A DNA stretch of 64,000 bases from Nitrososphaerota archaeon (GTDB lineage: Archaea; Thermoproteota; Nitrososphaeria_A; Caldarchaeales; Caldarchaeaceae). A program made the position numbers and the translations under genes. Below, piece after piece: positions 1 to 9,056 of this stretch. Under the pieces are notes generated by a model. That model had not been told where the DNA came from. It made no database searches and saw only the letters and a program-made list of their open reading frames with translations. Within the stretch, counting starts at the first letter, position 1; every line of letters begins with the position of its first letter. The DNA is taken from NCBI GenBank assembly GCA_041641305.1, contig JBEPYN010000002.1, positions 288,001 through 352,000 on the forward strand. Reading direction: 5' to 3'.

Positions 1-260
1 ATAGCACAACAGCTCATAGTCGGTGTTATAAACAGTGATCTGACCATGTTTACTTATGCTCCCTTCGCTGTCGAAGAATCCTCTTAGAAACGCTCCCATA
101 CATTCGTCAGAATATTCGATGAAGGGCCTTAACCTCTTCAGTTTCAAAGGCTTTCTAAGCAACTCATAGAGAGTCTTCGACCCAACCCCAACAATCCATC
201 TACCATCTTTGTTTATTCTTGGTTTTGGAGGCTCTCTTCCGAGAACTTCAGCTACCTTGG
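1..260 (-). pseudogene. 5'-truncated LAGLIDADG homing endonuclease-like gene (runs off window start)
   Basis: Manual translation of the minus strand (absent from the ORF track) gives KVAEVLGREPPKPRINKDGRWIVGVGSKTLYELLRKP...CMGAFLRGFFDSEGSISKHGQITVYNTDYELLCY. AFLRGFFDSEG is a LAGLIDADG motif. The first motif and N-terminus are replaced by the opposite-strand acylphosphatase remnant. Confidence 0.8.
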
Positions 261-804
261 GAAGGAGCTTGAGCTGGCCGGCTACGTGAGAAACGAAAAA
301 GACGGAGCCGTTACAATCTTCGTCCAGGGAGATGAAAAGACGCTCCACATGTTCTTGGAGGCTTTGAAGACCCCGCCTCCCCAGCAAAAGTGAAAAAGAT
401 AGAGCAAGCCGAGACACGGCCCAGGCCAAACCTCAAACACTTCCAAATACGCTACAATAAACTGGCCGACGAGCTTCAGGAAGGCTTCGGAGCCATGCAG
501 ACAACATTCTTGACATATTGGGAAGAATTCCGAGAATTCAGAAATGAATTTCGGGACTTTAGAAACGAGTTCAGAGATTTCCGGAACGAGTTCCGGGATT
601 ATCGGGCGGAGTTCAGAGAATTCGTAAACCGGATGGATGATTTTGTTGAGAGGGTTTACTAGGGTTTTGGAGGTTTTGACGGAGCAGAGTAAGAGGAGTG
701 TGGAGATTTTGGAGGTTGTCGCACGTGACTTGAGGGAGACGCGTGAGATGCTGGTGGAGGCCATGAGGATGCTGAGAGAGGTTGCAGGCAAAGCGAGCAC
801 GTGA
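256..804 (+). pseudogene. Acylphosphatase domain fused to heptad coiled coil; 5'-truncated, two frameshifts
   Basis: LGKELELAGYVRNEKDGAVTIFVQGDE matches the acylphosphatase GYVRN..DG.V signature. There is a frameshift in the C-run near 380 (PP/PAKVKKIE) and in the G-run near 653 (VER/FTRVLEVL). The joined frame ends at TGA 802-804. The GRVQxVG N-terminus is missing. Confidence 0.75.
525..629 (+). repeat. 5 x 21-nt degenerate tandem repeat encoding EFR(D/E)FRN heptads
   Basis: EFREFRN EFRDFRN EFRDFRN EFRDYRA EFREFVN, with synonymous divergence at the DNA level. Confidence 0.85.
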
Positions 805-859
805 ACCTGTTTTCACGGCTTTGGACAAACATAATATATGATGTGTTTGCGCTCTCTTT

Positions 860-1867
860 GTGAAGGCCGCTGTTCTACGCGGTGCCTTTAATGTCGCTGT
901 TGAGGATGTTGAGGTTCCCGAGTGTGGGTGTGACGCGGTTCTTGTACGTGTGAAAGCCTGTGGAGTCTGCCCAGTTGACGTAAGGACATATACGGGAGAG
1001 AGTATCTGGGTTTCTCTTCCGGCGGTCGGTGTCTCGGGTCACGAGGTTGCTGGCGTTGTTGAGAAGGTGGGTGAAAACGTTTCTGTGCTCAAGCCCGGTG
1101 ACAGGGTTGCGGGAACTCTCTCAAAACCATGTGGAACATGCCGCTACTGTGTCAAAGGCTATGAAAACCTCTGCATCAACCCGCATATGCCCAAGGTCTT
1201 CGGTTTCGCAGAATACGTTGTCGCCTATCCAGGCTATGTTCAACGTTTTAGGGAATCGGTTGATTTTGAGGAGGCGGCTTTTACAGAGCCTTTGGCCGCG
1301 TGCATCAACTGTGTCGAGCGGTCAGGTCTACATCCGGGTGACTGGGCGCTTGTCGTCGGTGTGGGGCAGATAGGGTTGCTGCAGGTCCAGCTGCTCAAGC
1401 TGAAGGGCGCCTCGGTGGCTGCTGTGGACTATTCGGAGGAGAGGCTGAAGCTTGCGGAGAATTTCGGCGCCGACTATGTCGTCAACGCATCCGAGAAGAA
1501 TATCGTGGAACGTTTGCGGAGGGAGATGGGCGATGGCGCCGACTTTGTGACCGTAACTGTTGGTGAGAGGGAGGCCGTGGAAACAGGTTTCAGCTGCCTC
1601 GCTAAACGAGGCGTGTTAAACATTTTTGCATCGCTTCACGGCGGAGTGCCGGAGCTGAACCTCAACAAGCTCCACTTCGGCGAATACACGTTAACAGGAA
1701 CATACGCAAGCACACGCAGCCACATAAACAGAGCCATCCAACTTATCGAAAAGAAATTGGTGAAGGTCAAGCCTCTGATAACACATAGGCTTCCTCTTGA
1801 GAAGCTTGTCGACGGATTCAACATCCACAGCGAGAGGAAAGGTGTTAAGGTTGTCGTTTTCCCGTAG
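860..1867 (+). CDS. Zn-dependent medium-chain alcohol/sugar-alcohol dehydrogenase
   Basis: ACGVC, GHE, structural Zn CxxCxxC...C, GVGQIG Rossmann motif. Confidence 0.9.
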   Translation: MKAAVLRGAFNVAVEDVEVPECGCDAVLVRVKACGVCPVDVRTYTGESIWVSLPAVGVSGHEVAGVVEKVGENVSVLKPGDRVAGTLSKPCGTCRYCVKGYENLCINPHMPKVFGFAEYVVAYPGYVQRFRESVDFEEAAFTEPLAACINCVERSGLHPGDWALVVGVGQIGLLQVQLLKLKGASVAAVDYSEERLKLAENFGADYVVNASEKNIVERLRREMGDGADFVTVTVGEREAVETGFSCLAKRGVLNIFASLHGGVPELNLNKLHFGEYTLTGTYASTRSHINRAIQLIEKKLVKVKPLITHRLPLEKLVDGFNIHSERKGVKVVVFP

Positions 1868-2498
1868 AGGCCTGTATCATCCAAGGTGTCCATGCGCTGC
1901 CGAGAGCACGTGTTTTCTGGATGGCCTTTAGCAGTAGAATGGTGGGGACGAGGCTGAACCCCATGTGTAAGATGTTGTAGACGGCTGTGAACACCAGCAC
2001 GAGGAAGAACCCAGTCTGTCCTGTTGAGATATCCATCCCAAGGAAAGCTCCGAGCAGGGTTGTGGCGAGGCCGAGGAACTCGGGGAAAAGTATGAGAAGG
2101 ATGACGTAGTTTGCGGCTGTCATGGCCAAGACCCGTAACACGGTCCCCAGCAGAGTTCCGGCGGCGAGCATGGGTTTGAACCCTCTTGCGTAAACCATTC
2201 TCGAGCCCAGCCAGAACCCGAGCAGAGAAGAGGCAACAGCCAGAAACTTCATCGTCGGCCCCACGGGAGTGAACTCTCCAACAGCCAGCAGAACAAAGTA
2301 GTAGACGAGGTTGGTTATGAGAGCTGGCAGCGGGCCGAAGCCGAGGAGGGAGATGAACACAGGTATCTCCGCGGGGTCAAACCTCAGATAAGGTATGGGG
2401 GGAAATGGGAAGCTCAGCGGCAGGAAAGCAAGGATAAGAGCAAGAGCAGCCATGGCAGCACCCGAAGTAATCGTCCTAGTCCCCAGCATACACTTCAT
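1845..2498 (-). CDS. ECF transporter S component (RibU/PanT-like)
   Basis: FPFPPIPYLRFDPAEIP motif and about 6 hydrophobic helices. Confidence 0.8.
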   Translation of the reverse strand: MKCMLGTRTITSGAAMAALALILAFLPLSFPFPPIPYLRFDPAEIPVFISLLGFGPLPALITNLVYYFVLLAVGEFTPVGPTMKFLAVASSLLGFWLGSRMVYARGFKPMLAAGTLLGTVLRVLAMTAANYVILLILFPEFLGLATTLLGAFLGMDISTGQTGFFLVLVFTAVYNILHMGFSLVPTILLLKAIQKTRALGSAWTPWMIQASTGKRQP

Positions 2499-2598
2499 GG
2501 ACGCTGCGTCAGGATTTAAAGCTCTCGAGAAAACTCAAGCAATTGTAGCGAGTGCTCCAGTGTTTCAACTTAAATAACTGTCGGCGAAAAATCTGGAC

Positions 2599-3762
2599 AT
2601 GGACAAGAAAGCTGCAGACGTTATGATGACCGATTTTGTATCCGTGTTGGATGATGAGCCTTTTACAAAGGTTATTGGCTTATTCGCTGACAAGAAGCTT
2701 GATGTAGTGGTTGTGAAGGATGGCCGCTCCGGCAGGCTGGTGGGTGTTGTGACGAAGAGGGCCGCCCTATGGCCCAACGTCAACCCAACAAAGGTGCTGG
2801 CCCGCACCGTCGCTGTGAAAACCCCCAAAATAACTCCGGAGAACACTCTTCCACACGTGGCCGCCGCCATGGTTGAGAAAAACCTGCGGGCCATGCCCGT
2901 CACAGAGGCCGGTAAACCGGTCGGACTCGTGGCAGCCGCGGACCTAATACTAAACTCGCGAGAAATTCTCAAAAACCTAACTGTCCAGAAAATCATGACA
3001 AAAGACGTCATCACAATAAACGCCGACGACACCATAGGGAAAGCGGTCTCCATCATGCGTGACCAAGGTGTCTCGAGGCTCCCAGTAGTCAACAACGGCT
3101 ACCTCGTCGGTATAGTGACGGTCACGGATATCGCGGAGAAGATTATCAAGCCGAGGGCGAGGGCTTCGCTGGGTGAGGTCGCTGGCGAGAAGGTGCGGAC
3201 GCTCAGCAACCCTGTGAGGAGCATTATGACACGTGAGGTGGTGACGGCCCGTGGAAACGAGACAGTTGTCGAGGCGGTTGAGAGGATGAAGCAGTACGGG
3301 TTCTCATGTTTGGTTGTGACGGAGAGAAACCGTGTGGTGGGCATAGTTACCTTGATGGATGCGCTTTCACCCATAGCGAGAACAGCTGAAGAGCAGCAGA
3401 ACAACATAGTCATCGAGGTGAGCTACAAAATGAGCAGAATAGACATCGAGGACAAGGAGAGAGTAATGGATGTCGCGAACAAGTTTGTGCAAAGGTTTAG
3501 AAAAGCACTCGGCACAGGCGTCCTCACGCTTTACTTCAAGGAGCATAGAGAAAAACACGGAGACATGAGACTAATACACTGCAGGGCCCGTCTTAACTCC
3601 GACCGACACCAGTTCGTCGGCGTCGGCGAAGCATGGCGAGCAGACCTCGCCGCACGAGCAGCCCTCAAAACAATCGAGCGCCAATTCCTCATAAAGAAAG
3701 AGCTTGCTTCACGGTATCCGCTCGGGCCCGAGTTCCTCATGAGCCTCGCCGAATACTATTGA
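2599..3762 (+). CDS. 4xCBS domain protein with C-terminal HPF/RaiA-like domain (candidate Hib-type ribosome hibernation factor)
   Basis: Four CBS repeats (e.g. SRLPVVNNGYLVGIVT), then about 110 aa with a beta-alpha-beta-beta-beta-alpha pattern ending GEAWRADLAARAALKTIERQ. Confidence 0.8.
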   Translation: MDKKAADVMMTDFVSVLDDEPFTKVIGLFADKKLDVVVVKDGRSGRLVGVVTKRAALWPNVNPTKVLARTVAVKTPKITPENTLPHVAAAMVEKNLRAMPVTEAGKPVGLVAAADLILNSREILKNLTVQKIMTKDVITINADDTIGKAVSIMRDQGVSRLPVVNNGYLVGIVTVTDIAEKIIKPRARASLGEVAGEKVRTLSNPVRSIMTREVVTARGNETVVEAVERMKQYGFSCLVVTERNRVVGIVTLMDALSPIARTAEEQQNNIVIEVSYKMSRIDIEDKERVMDVANKFVQRFRKALGTGVLTLYFKEHREKHGDMRLIHCRARLNSDRHQFVGVGEAWRADLAARAALKTIERQFLIKKELASRYPLGPEFLMSLAEYY

Positions 3763-3929
3763 CCCTTCAACATCTCGAGATAATCCTCCAAAGACATCTC
3801 GATAACAAGCGCCCCAACATATCCACACGACCTGCAAAAATACATCTTCCCCAGATAACCTCCGAGATAGAGGTCGAGGCCCGTTTTCTTACAGACCGGG
3901 CACAGCTGAACCGATTTCTCCCTCGTCAC
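3756..3929 (-). CDS. Small Zn-ribbon protein (57 aa, below ORF-track cutoff)
   Basis: MTREKSVQLCPVCKKTGLDLYLGGYLGKMYFCRSCGYVGALVIEMSLEDYLEMLKGQ. It has two CxxC motifs and its GTG start overlaps the Mrp stop (GTGA). Confidence 0.75.
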   Translation of the reverse strand: MTREKSVQLCPVCKKTGLDLYLGGYLGKMYFCRSCGYVGALVIEMSLEDYLEMLKGQ

Positions 3930-4999
3930 TTTGTTCCAGCCTTCGCCGCTCCAGAGGCATGTGCAAGAACGCTTATCTTAGCCGCGATTTTCTTAGCGGC
4001 CTCTTCGAAGGCCTTAGCCGCTGGAGAAGACGGAGCAGCCAAGACTATTGGGATGCCATGGTCATGGTTTACCGAAACCTCGGGAGACATGGGGATTCTG
4101 CCCAAAACCTCGACATCAAGCTCCGCCGCCATCTTTTCGGTGTGGCTCTCGCCGAAGAGGTTGGTCTCTTTACCGCATTCGGGGCAGACATAGTAGCTCA
4201 TGTTCTCGACGATTCCTATGATTGTCACTCCAAGTCTCCTAAACATTCTTAGAGCCTTTGCGGCAATCACGGATGCAGCCTGCTGGGGTGTGGTTACTAT
4301 GACGACGCCGGTGAGAGGAATGGTTTGGGCGAGAGTAAGAGACGCGTCGCCTGTGCCCGGCGGTAGGTCGACTATGAGATAATCCAGCTCACCCCACTGC
4401 GCCTCGGTAAGAAGCTGCTTAACCGCGCTGGCTACGAGAGGGCCTCTCCAGATAACAGCCGTGCCCTCATCGACGAAAAGCCCAAGCGACATCACCTTAA
4501 TGCCCAGCATCATCTTAGCGGGCTCCACTTTCTTATCGGGCCTTAGACGAGGAGGCTCAACAATCTTAACGATTTTCGGGATGGTGGGGCCGTAGATGTC
4601 GGCGTCGACGAGTCCAACCTTGGCCCCTGCCATGGCGAGGCTGCATGCGAGGTTGATGGCAACCGTCGTCTTCCCCACACCTCCCTTACCGCTCGCCACA
4701 GCCACCACGTTACGCACATCCGGAAAATCTGCGCCCAGAGGCTTCGCAGACCACACACGCGCCGTAACCCGCATGTCAATAGACCTTACTCCAGGAAGGT
4801 TCTCCACAGCCGCCCGAGCGCTCTCCTCAATAGACTTGTTATAGGGACACGCCGGAGTCGTGAGCTCAAGAGTAAAACTCACCTCACCATCCTTGACAAC
4901 CAGATTCTTAATCATCCCTAAAGTCACAATGTCTATCTTCAGATCAGGGTCAATGACCTGACGCAACGCATTCAGGACAGTCTGCTCATCAATCAACAA
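3926..4999 (-). CDS. mrp: Mrp/NBP35/ApbC Fe-S cluster carrier ATPase with N-terminal DUF59/FeS-assembly domain
   Basis: VIDPDL...LTTPACP, SGKGGVGKT, DADIYGP, WRGP, DLPPGTGD, CPECG. Confidence 0.93.
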   Translation of the reverse strand: MLIDEQTVLNALRQVIDPDLKIDIVTLGMIKNLVVKDGEVSFTLELTTPACPYNKSIEESARAAVENLPGVRSIDMRVTARVWSAKPLGADFPDVRNVVAVASGKGGVGKTTVAINLACSLAMAGAKVGLVDADIYGPTIPKIVKIVEPPRLRPDKKVEPAKMMLGIKVMSLGLFVDEGTAVIWRGPLVASAVKQLLTEAQWGELDYLIVDLPPGTGDASLTLAQTIPLTGVVIVTTPQQAASVIAAKALRMFRRLGVTIIGIVENMSYYVCPECGKETNLFGESHTEKMAAELDVEVLGRIPMSPEVSVNHDHGIPIVLAAPSSPAAKAFEEAAKKIAAKISVLAHASGAAKAGTK

Positions 5000-5036
5000 T
5001 ATATGGAGTTAGATGATGCTCTTATATTTTGTCTTC

Positions 5037-5534
5037 TCACAAAACTTGTTTCAACGCCTTCCACGCGGCGTCATCGATGTGGTGAAGATTTTTCACCACT
5101 TTTCCTTTCGCGAGGGCCGAGGCTTTTTCGGAGCTCATCAACGCCTGCCCAACTGCCAAGGGTTTCGAGTGAGTGATGTCGCGGACGACCACTTCGTCAC
5201 CCGCTTGGAAAACATCCATTCTCACTATGCCGGGCCTCATGACATCGGCTCCTGAAGCAACCCGAGGCACCGCACCCATGTCAACCCAAACCGATGCAAG
5301 TCTATCGATAAGAGGCTTGTTAACGTCGACAAGCGCGGGAACAACCCACTCATTACCCACCACAAAGAAAAACCCCGCCACAGACAACACCATCACATCT
5401 TCTAACTCGACAGCATCTACACCACGCTTCAAAACCTTTTTCACATTCACATCACCCAAGAAAACCCTGAGCCGAGGCAGCAAAGCTTCAAATTCCGAAG
5501 CAGACAAACTCCCACGCTTCAAACAAACACCCAA
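5037..5534 (-). CDS. PUA-domain RNA-binding protein (MCT-1/Tma20-like)
   Basis: VWVDMGAVPRVASGADVMRPGI...KPLAVG...KNLHHIDD. Confidence 0.85.
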   Translation of the reverse strand: MGVCLKRGSLSASEFEALLPRLRVFLGDVNVKKVLKRGVDAVELEDVMVLSVAGFFFVVGNEWVVPALVDVNKPLIDRLASVWVDMGAVPRVASGADVMRPGIVRMDVFQAGDEVVVRDITHSKPLAVGQALMSSEKASALAKGKVVKNLHHIDDAAWKALKQVL

Positions 5535-5537
5535 TCC

Positions 5538-6671
5538 TCAGCATTTCCCGTAATTTTTGCGGAAATGTCTCTTCAAAATATCCACTACACGATCCACCTG
5601 CCCACGGTCATTGAAAAAATGATGAGCAAACCGGACCCCCGGACCTCTTGCGGAAACAATTACACGCCTGCTCCTCAACTTCCTCTCAATCATCGAACTG
5701 TTTTGTCCGAAAAGCAATGAAACAGTTGGTCCAATGTTCTCTAAACTTGGTGAAAACAGTTGAAAACCAGCGTCCTCAACCTCTTCCACGAAATAGTCAC
5801 GGGTTTTCTGGATTCTGCGCCAAATAGAGTCAACTCCGACCCTGTTTATCAACCGCATTCCTGCACGAGCAGCATACATGCTCACAACACTCCATGTCCC
5901 CATTTCAAACCTCTTTGCATCATCCCTATAGTCAAGGACCTCAGGGCCGAATAGGAACGGGTTCCGCTGCGAAAACCAGCTCACCGCCGTAGGCTCCAAA
6001 TCATAGAATAGATCTTTTCTCACATAGAGGAAGCCGGCGCCTGGAATACCCAATAAAAACTTAGTCGTCCCAGCTACCAGAAAATCGACACCCATCTTAT
6101 CCACGTCAATTGGGACTGCCCCTATGCTTTGGTACGCGTCCAAAAGGAAGTAAGCACCTTTGGCTTTGCATAGCTCAGATAGGGCCTCGACATCCTGCAT
6201 GTATCCATTCAAAGCGCTAACATGAAAAGTAGCCACAAGCAAAGTCTTTTCATCAACCTTCTCCCTAAATTTGTCGATGTCGATCATCCCATGATTAGCC
6301 CGTATAACCTCCACTTCAAACCCACGTTTCCTGAGCGCGGCCAATGGCACACCTATAGAGGGATAGTCCAGCTCGGTTGTGACAATTTTGTTTCGTCTGC
6401 CCGGCGTGAAGGAGCTTATGAGAGAGATTAGCGCGCTGCTTGCGGAATAGTGTGGACATATCTCCTCCTCATTTGCTTGAACAATTTTCCCAAAGAGGGC
6501 CGCCGCCTCATACACAGTTTTCATCCACTCGTCCCACGGGTTACCTTTCTCAACAATAGAAGACAAGTAGCTGTTAACGGCTTCAAGGACATCGACAGAC
6601 ATAGGGCCCTGCGAACAGCTCGCGAAGTAGAGGTTTTTTCTCAAAGATGGAAAACGCCCTCCCCAATCCAT
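5538..6671 (-). CDS. Class V PLP-dependent enzyme (kynureninase/C-S lyase-like)
   Basis: YFASCSQGP, LLDAYQSIG, GTTKFLLG (PLP lysine), RFEMGT. Confidence 0.85.
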   Translation of the reverse strand: MDWGGRFPSLRKNLYFASCSQGPMSVDVLEAVNSYLSSIVEKGNPWDEWMKTVYEAAALFGKIVQANEEEICPHYSASSALISLISSFTPGRRNKIVTTELDYPSIGVPLAALRKRGFEVEVIRANHGMIDIDKFREKVDEKTLLVATFHVSALNGYMQDVEALSELCKAKGAYFLLDAYQSIGAVPIDVDKMGVDFLVAGTTKFLLGIPGAGFLYVRKDLFYDLEPTAVSWFSQRNPFLFGPEVLDYRDDAKRFEMGTWSVVSMYAARAGMRLINRVGVDSIWRRIQKTRDYFVEEVEDAGFQLFSPSLENIGPTVSLLFGQNSSMIERKLRSRRVIVSARGPGVRFAHHFFNDRGQVDRVVDILKRHFRKNYGKC

Positions 6672-6770
6672 GTTATATGTTCACGGAGAGTGAAATCCCG
6701 GTTAAATATTAACGTGTATGTAATGTGTTTTGACAACGTTTAAATAAAGGTTACTGTTGAGAAATCCCTC

Positions 6771-8123
6771 GTGAATAACGAAAAAGGAATTTCCAGTTAT
6801 GTCGTCGCGGCTGTTGCGGTCGTAATGTTGTTGGCGGGTTTTGGACTTGGCGCGCTTCTTGGTCCCAGTATTTCTCCAGCTCCCACCCAAACCGTCACAG
6901 TAACAGTGGGAGGCCAGGTTGCGACAACAACCGTTACCCAGACCTCGTTGGTAACCACTACTTTAACCGCGCAGGCACAAAAGAAAGAATACACCATAGG
7001 CTTCGCATACGAGTTAACAGGTGCTCAGGCGAGCTTTGGAAACGATATGAAAGATGCTGGCTTGTTGGCTGTCGCGGAGGCTAACGCGTTGCTTGAGAAA
7101 GCAGGGTTCCCGATAAGATTCAAGGCTGTGGTTGAAGACACTGCAAGTACACCGGAGGGAACTGTCAGAGCTGTACAAAGCCTGGTCGAAAACCATCGGG
7201 CGAGCATAATCGTCGGCCCCATCAGCAGCCTGGGCGTAGCAGCGGTGAAAGGCTATCTGGACCAGAAGCAAGTCGTGCTAATTAGCTGCTGCTCCACAGC
7301 AGTTACACTAAAGCTGCCGAATGACTTCATCTTCAGAGTTATAGCATCCGCCGATGTTCAGGGAAAAGCTCTCTCCAGAAGCGTGTTGGCTGAAGGTTTC
7401 CGCAAAGCTGTTGTCATATACAGAGCCGAGGCTTTCGGCGAGTCGCTGTTTAGAGAGTTTAAGAATGATTTTGAGAGCGCGGGAGGCACTGTTATCGGTG
7501 TGCCGTATCAGCCTGACCAATCGGATTACAGCGCCGAGGTGGCTAAGCTCAGTGAAGAGGTGAGGAGAAGCGGTCCCAGTGAAACAGCTGTCGTAGCTGT
7601 CTCCTTCCAGACCGACGGCCTTCTCATCCTTGGTGAAGCCAGACTTGATGAAACCTTGTCAAACGTAAGATGGTTCGGAATCAACACCCTCAGGGTTCCA
7701 GCGTTTCTACCTCCACAGGCCCCAGCCGAGATAGCCGAATTCATGGTGAAAGTCTCTCTAACCTCATCCTACACGGCTCCGCCAAATAACCCCAGATACT
7801 TCGCCTTCCTAGAAGCCTTTGAAAAAATGCACGGCAGAAAAGCAGGGCCGCAGGCCGATTTAGGATATGACGCGGCATGGGTAGCAATCCTCACCATACT
7901 ATCCGCAGGAACCGACGATGGACAAGTCCTACGCGACACAGTTATTCCAACCGCGAGAAAATACATGGGCGCCAGCGGACACATCTGGATGGATGAAGCA
8001 GGCGACAGAGCCATCCAAGACTATACAATATCCCGAATAATCAAGGAAGGTGACTCATTCAAGTGGATAGATATAGCATTCTACGATGCTTCCGCAAACG
8101 TTGTAAAACCACTGACCAGCTAA
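6771..8123 (+). CDS. Liv-type ABC transporter substrate-binding protein 1
   Basis: N-terminal TM anchor, Thr/Val-rich linker, IGFAYELTG, EDT, IVGP, FIFRV, YDA motifs. Confidence 0.9.
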   Translation: MNNEKGISSYVVAAVAVVMLLAGFGLGALLGPSISPAPTQTVTVTVGGQVATTTVTQTSLVTTTLTAQAQKKEYTIGFAYELTGAQASFGNDMKDAGLLAVAEANALLEKAGFPIRFKAVVEDTASTPEGTVRAVQSLVENHRASIIVGPISSLGVAAVKGYLDQKQVVLISCCSTAVTLKLPNDFIFRVIASADVQGKALSRSVLAEGFRKAVVIYRAEAFGESLFREFKNDFESAGGTVIGVPYQPDQSDYSAEVAKLSEEVRRSGPSETAVVAVSFQTDGLLILGEARLDETLSNVRWFGINTLRVPAFLPPQAPAEIAEFMVKVSLTSSYTAPPNNPRYFAFLEAFEKMHGRKAGPQADLGYDAAWVAILTILSAGTDDGQVLRDTVIPTARKYMGASGHIWMDEAGDRAIQDYTISRIIKEGDSFKWIDIAFYDASANVVKPLTS

Positions 8124-8132
8124 GGCGATGAA

Positions 8133-9056
8133 ATGATTGAAATTGCATCGTCGCTCGTCAGAGCACTGCAATCGGGAGCTCTCTACGCCCTGATGGCGAT
8201 AGGGTTAACCCTGACCCTCGCCATCCTAAAAATCCCAAACATCGCACACGCCGAGTACGTGACCGTGGGCGGATACGTCTCTTTTTACTTAATCAATTTT
8301 GCTGGTTTTCCACTCTGGCAAACAGTGTTACCAGCGTTTATTTTCAGCGGCGTGGTCGCCGTTTTATCCTACCTCACCGTTTTTAGGCCATTGAAAAATA
8401 GGAAAGTACCGATGTTTATTTTAATGGTAGCATCTTTCGCTTTATCCCTGATAATCCGTTACTCTATTTACACGGTAGTTGCGGCTGCTAACTGGGGTTT
8501 CGGAGTTAAGCCAAAAGTTGTGACAAACGTTGTGTTCAGAATTGCCGGCATAGCGATAACAGATATACTGCTGCTTGTTCTCCCTATAACTGTAGTTGCG
8601 ACGACCACACTTTATCTCTTCATGATGAAGACGCGGCAAGGGAAACAGATGCGAGCCGTAGCCGATGATCCAGACTTAGCCGTCGTCTCAGGAATAAACA
8701 TCGACAAAGTCGCCTTCCTCACCTTCTTTATATCAGGCGGCTTAGCCGGCGTTGCCGGGGCGTTCTGGGTCGTGTTTACACACGCCCATCCAGACATTGG
8801 GTTGGAGGCGCTTATCAGGATTATAGCGGCATCGGCTCTGGGCGGGTTCCTCAGCTACCCAGGAACATTAGCCGGAGCCTTCATAGTAACGTTAGCGGAA
8901 AACACGGTGATGGACATTCTAAACAGAAACTTTGGCCTAAGCTTAGCACTCAAACCCTTGATGCCGATGATCATCACGATAGTCATTCTTGTTATCAGGC
9001 CTGCCGGAATAACAGGGTTGTTTTCACGGCAACCGCGTAGAGGGGCTGCGGGCTAA
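8133..9056 (+). CDS. livH: Liv-type ABC permease (LivH-like)
   Basis: YALMAIGLTL, NIAH, GKQMRAVADD...SGIN. Confidence 0.88.
   Translation: MIEIASSLVRALQSGALYALMAIGLTLTLAILKIPNIAHAEYVTVGGYVSFYLINFAGFPLWQTVLPAFIFSGVVAVLSYLTVFRPLKNRKVPMFILMVASFALSLIIRYSIYTVVAAANWGFGVKPKVVTNVVFRIAGIAITDILLLVLPITVVATTTLYLFMMKTRQGKQMRAVADDPDLAVVSGINIDKVAFLTFFISGGLAGVAGAFWVVFTHAHPDIGLEALIRIIAASALGGFLSYPGTLAGAFIVTLAENTVMDILNRNFGLSLALKPLMPMIITIVILVIRPAGITGLFSRQPRRGAAG

Noticed and set aside
525-629. Possible CRISPR array
   Set aside because: The 21-nt units are contiguous, lack unique spacers and vary at synonymous positions, so this is a coding heptad repeat. No cas genes are present in the window.
282-800. 172-aa minus-strand ORF
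   Set aside because: Antisense of the acylphosphatase-heptad remnant; its ISEL/ISEF repeats mirror the heptads.
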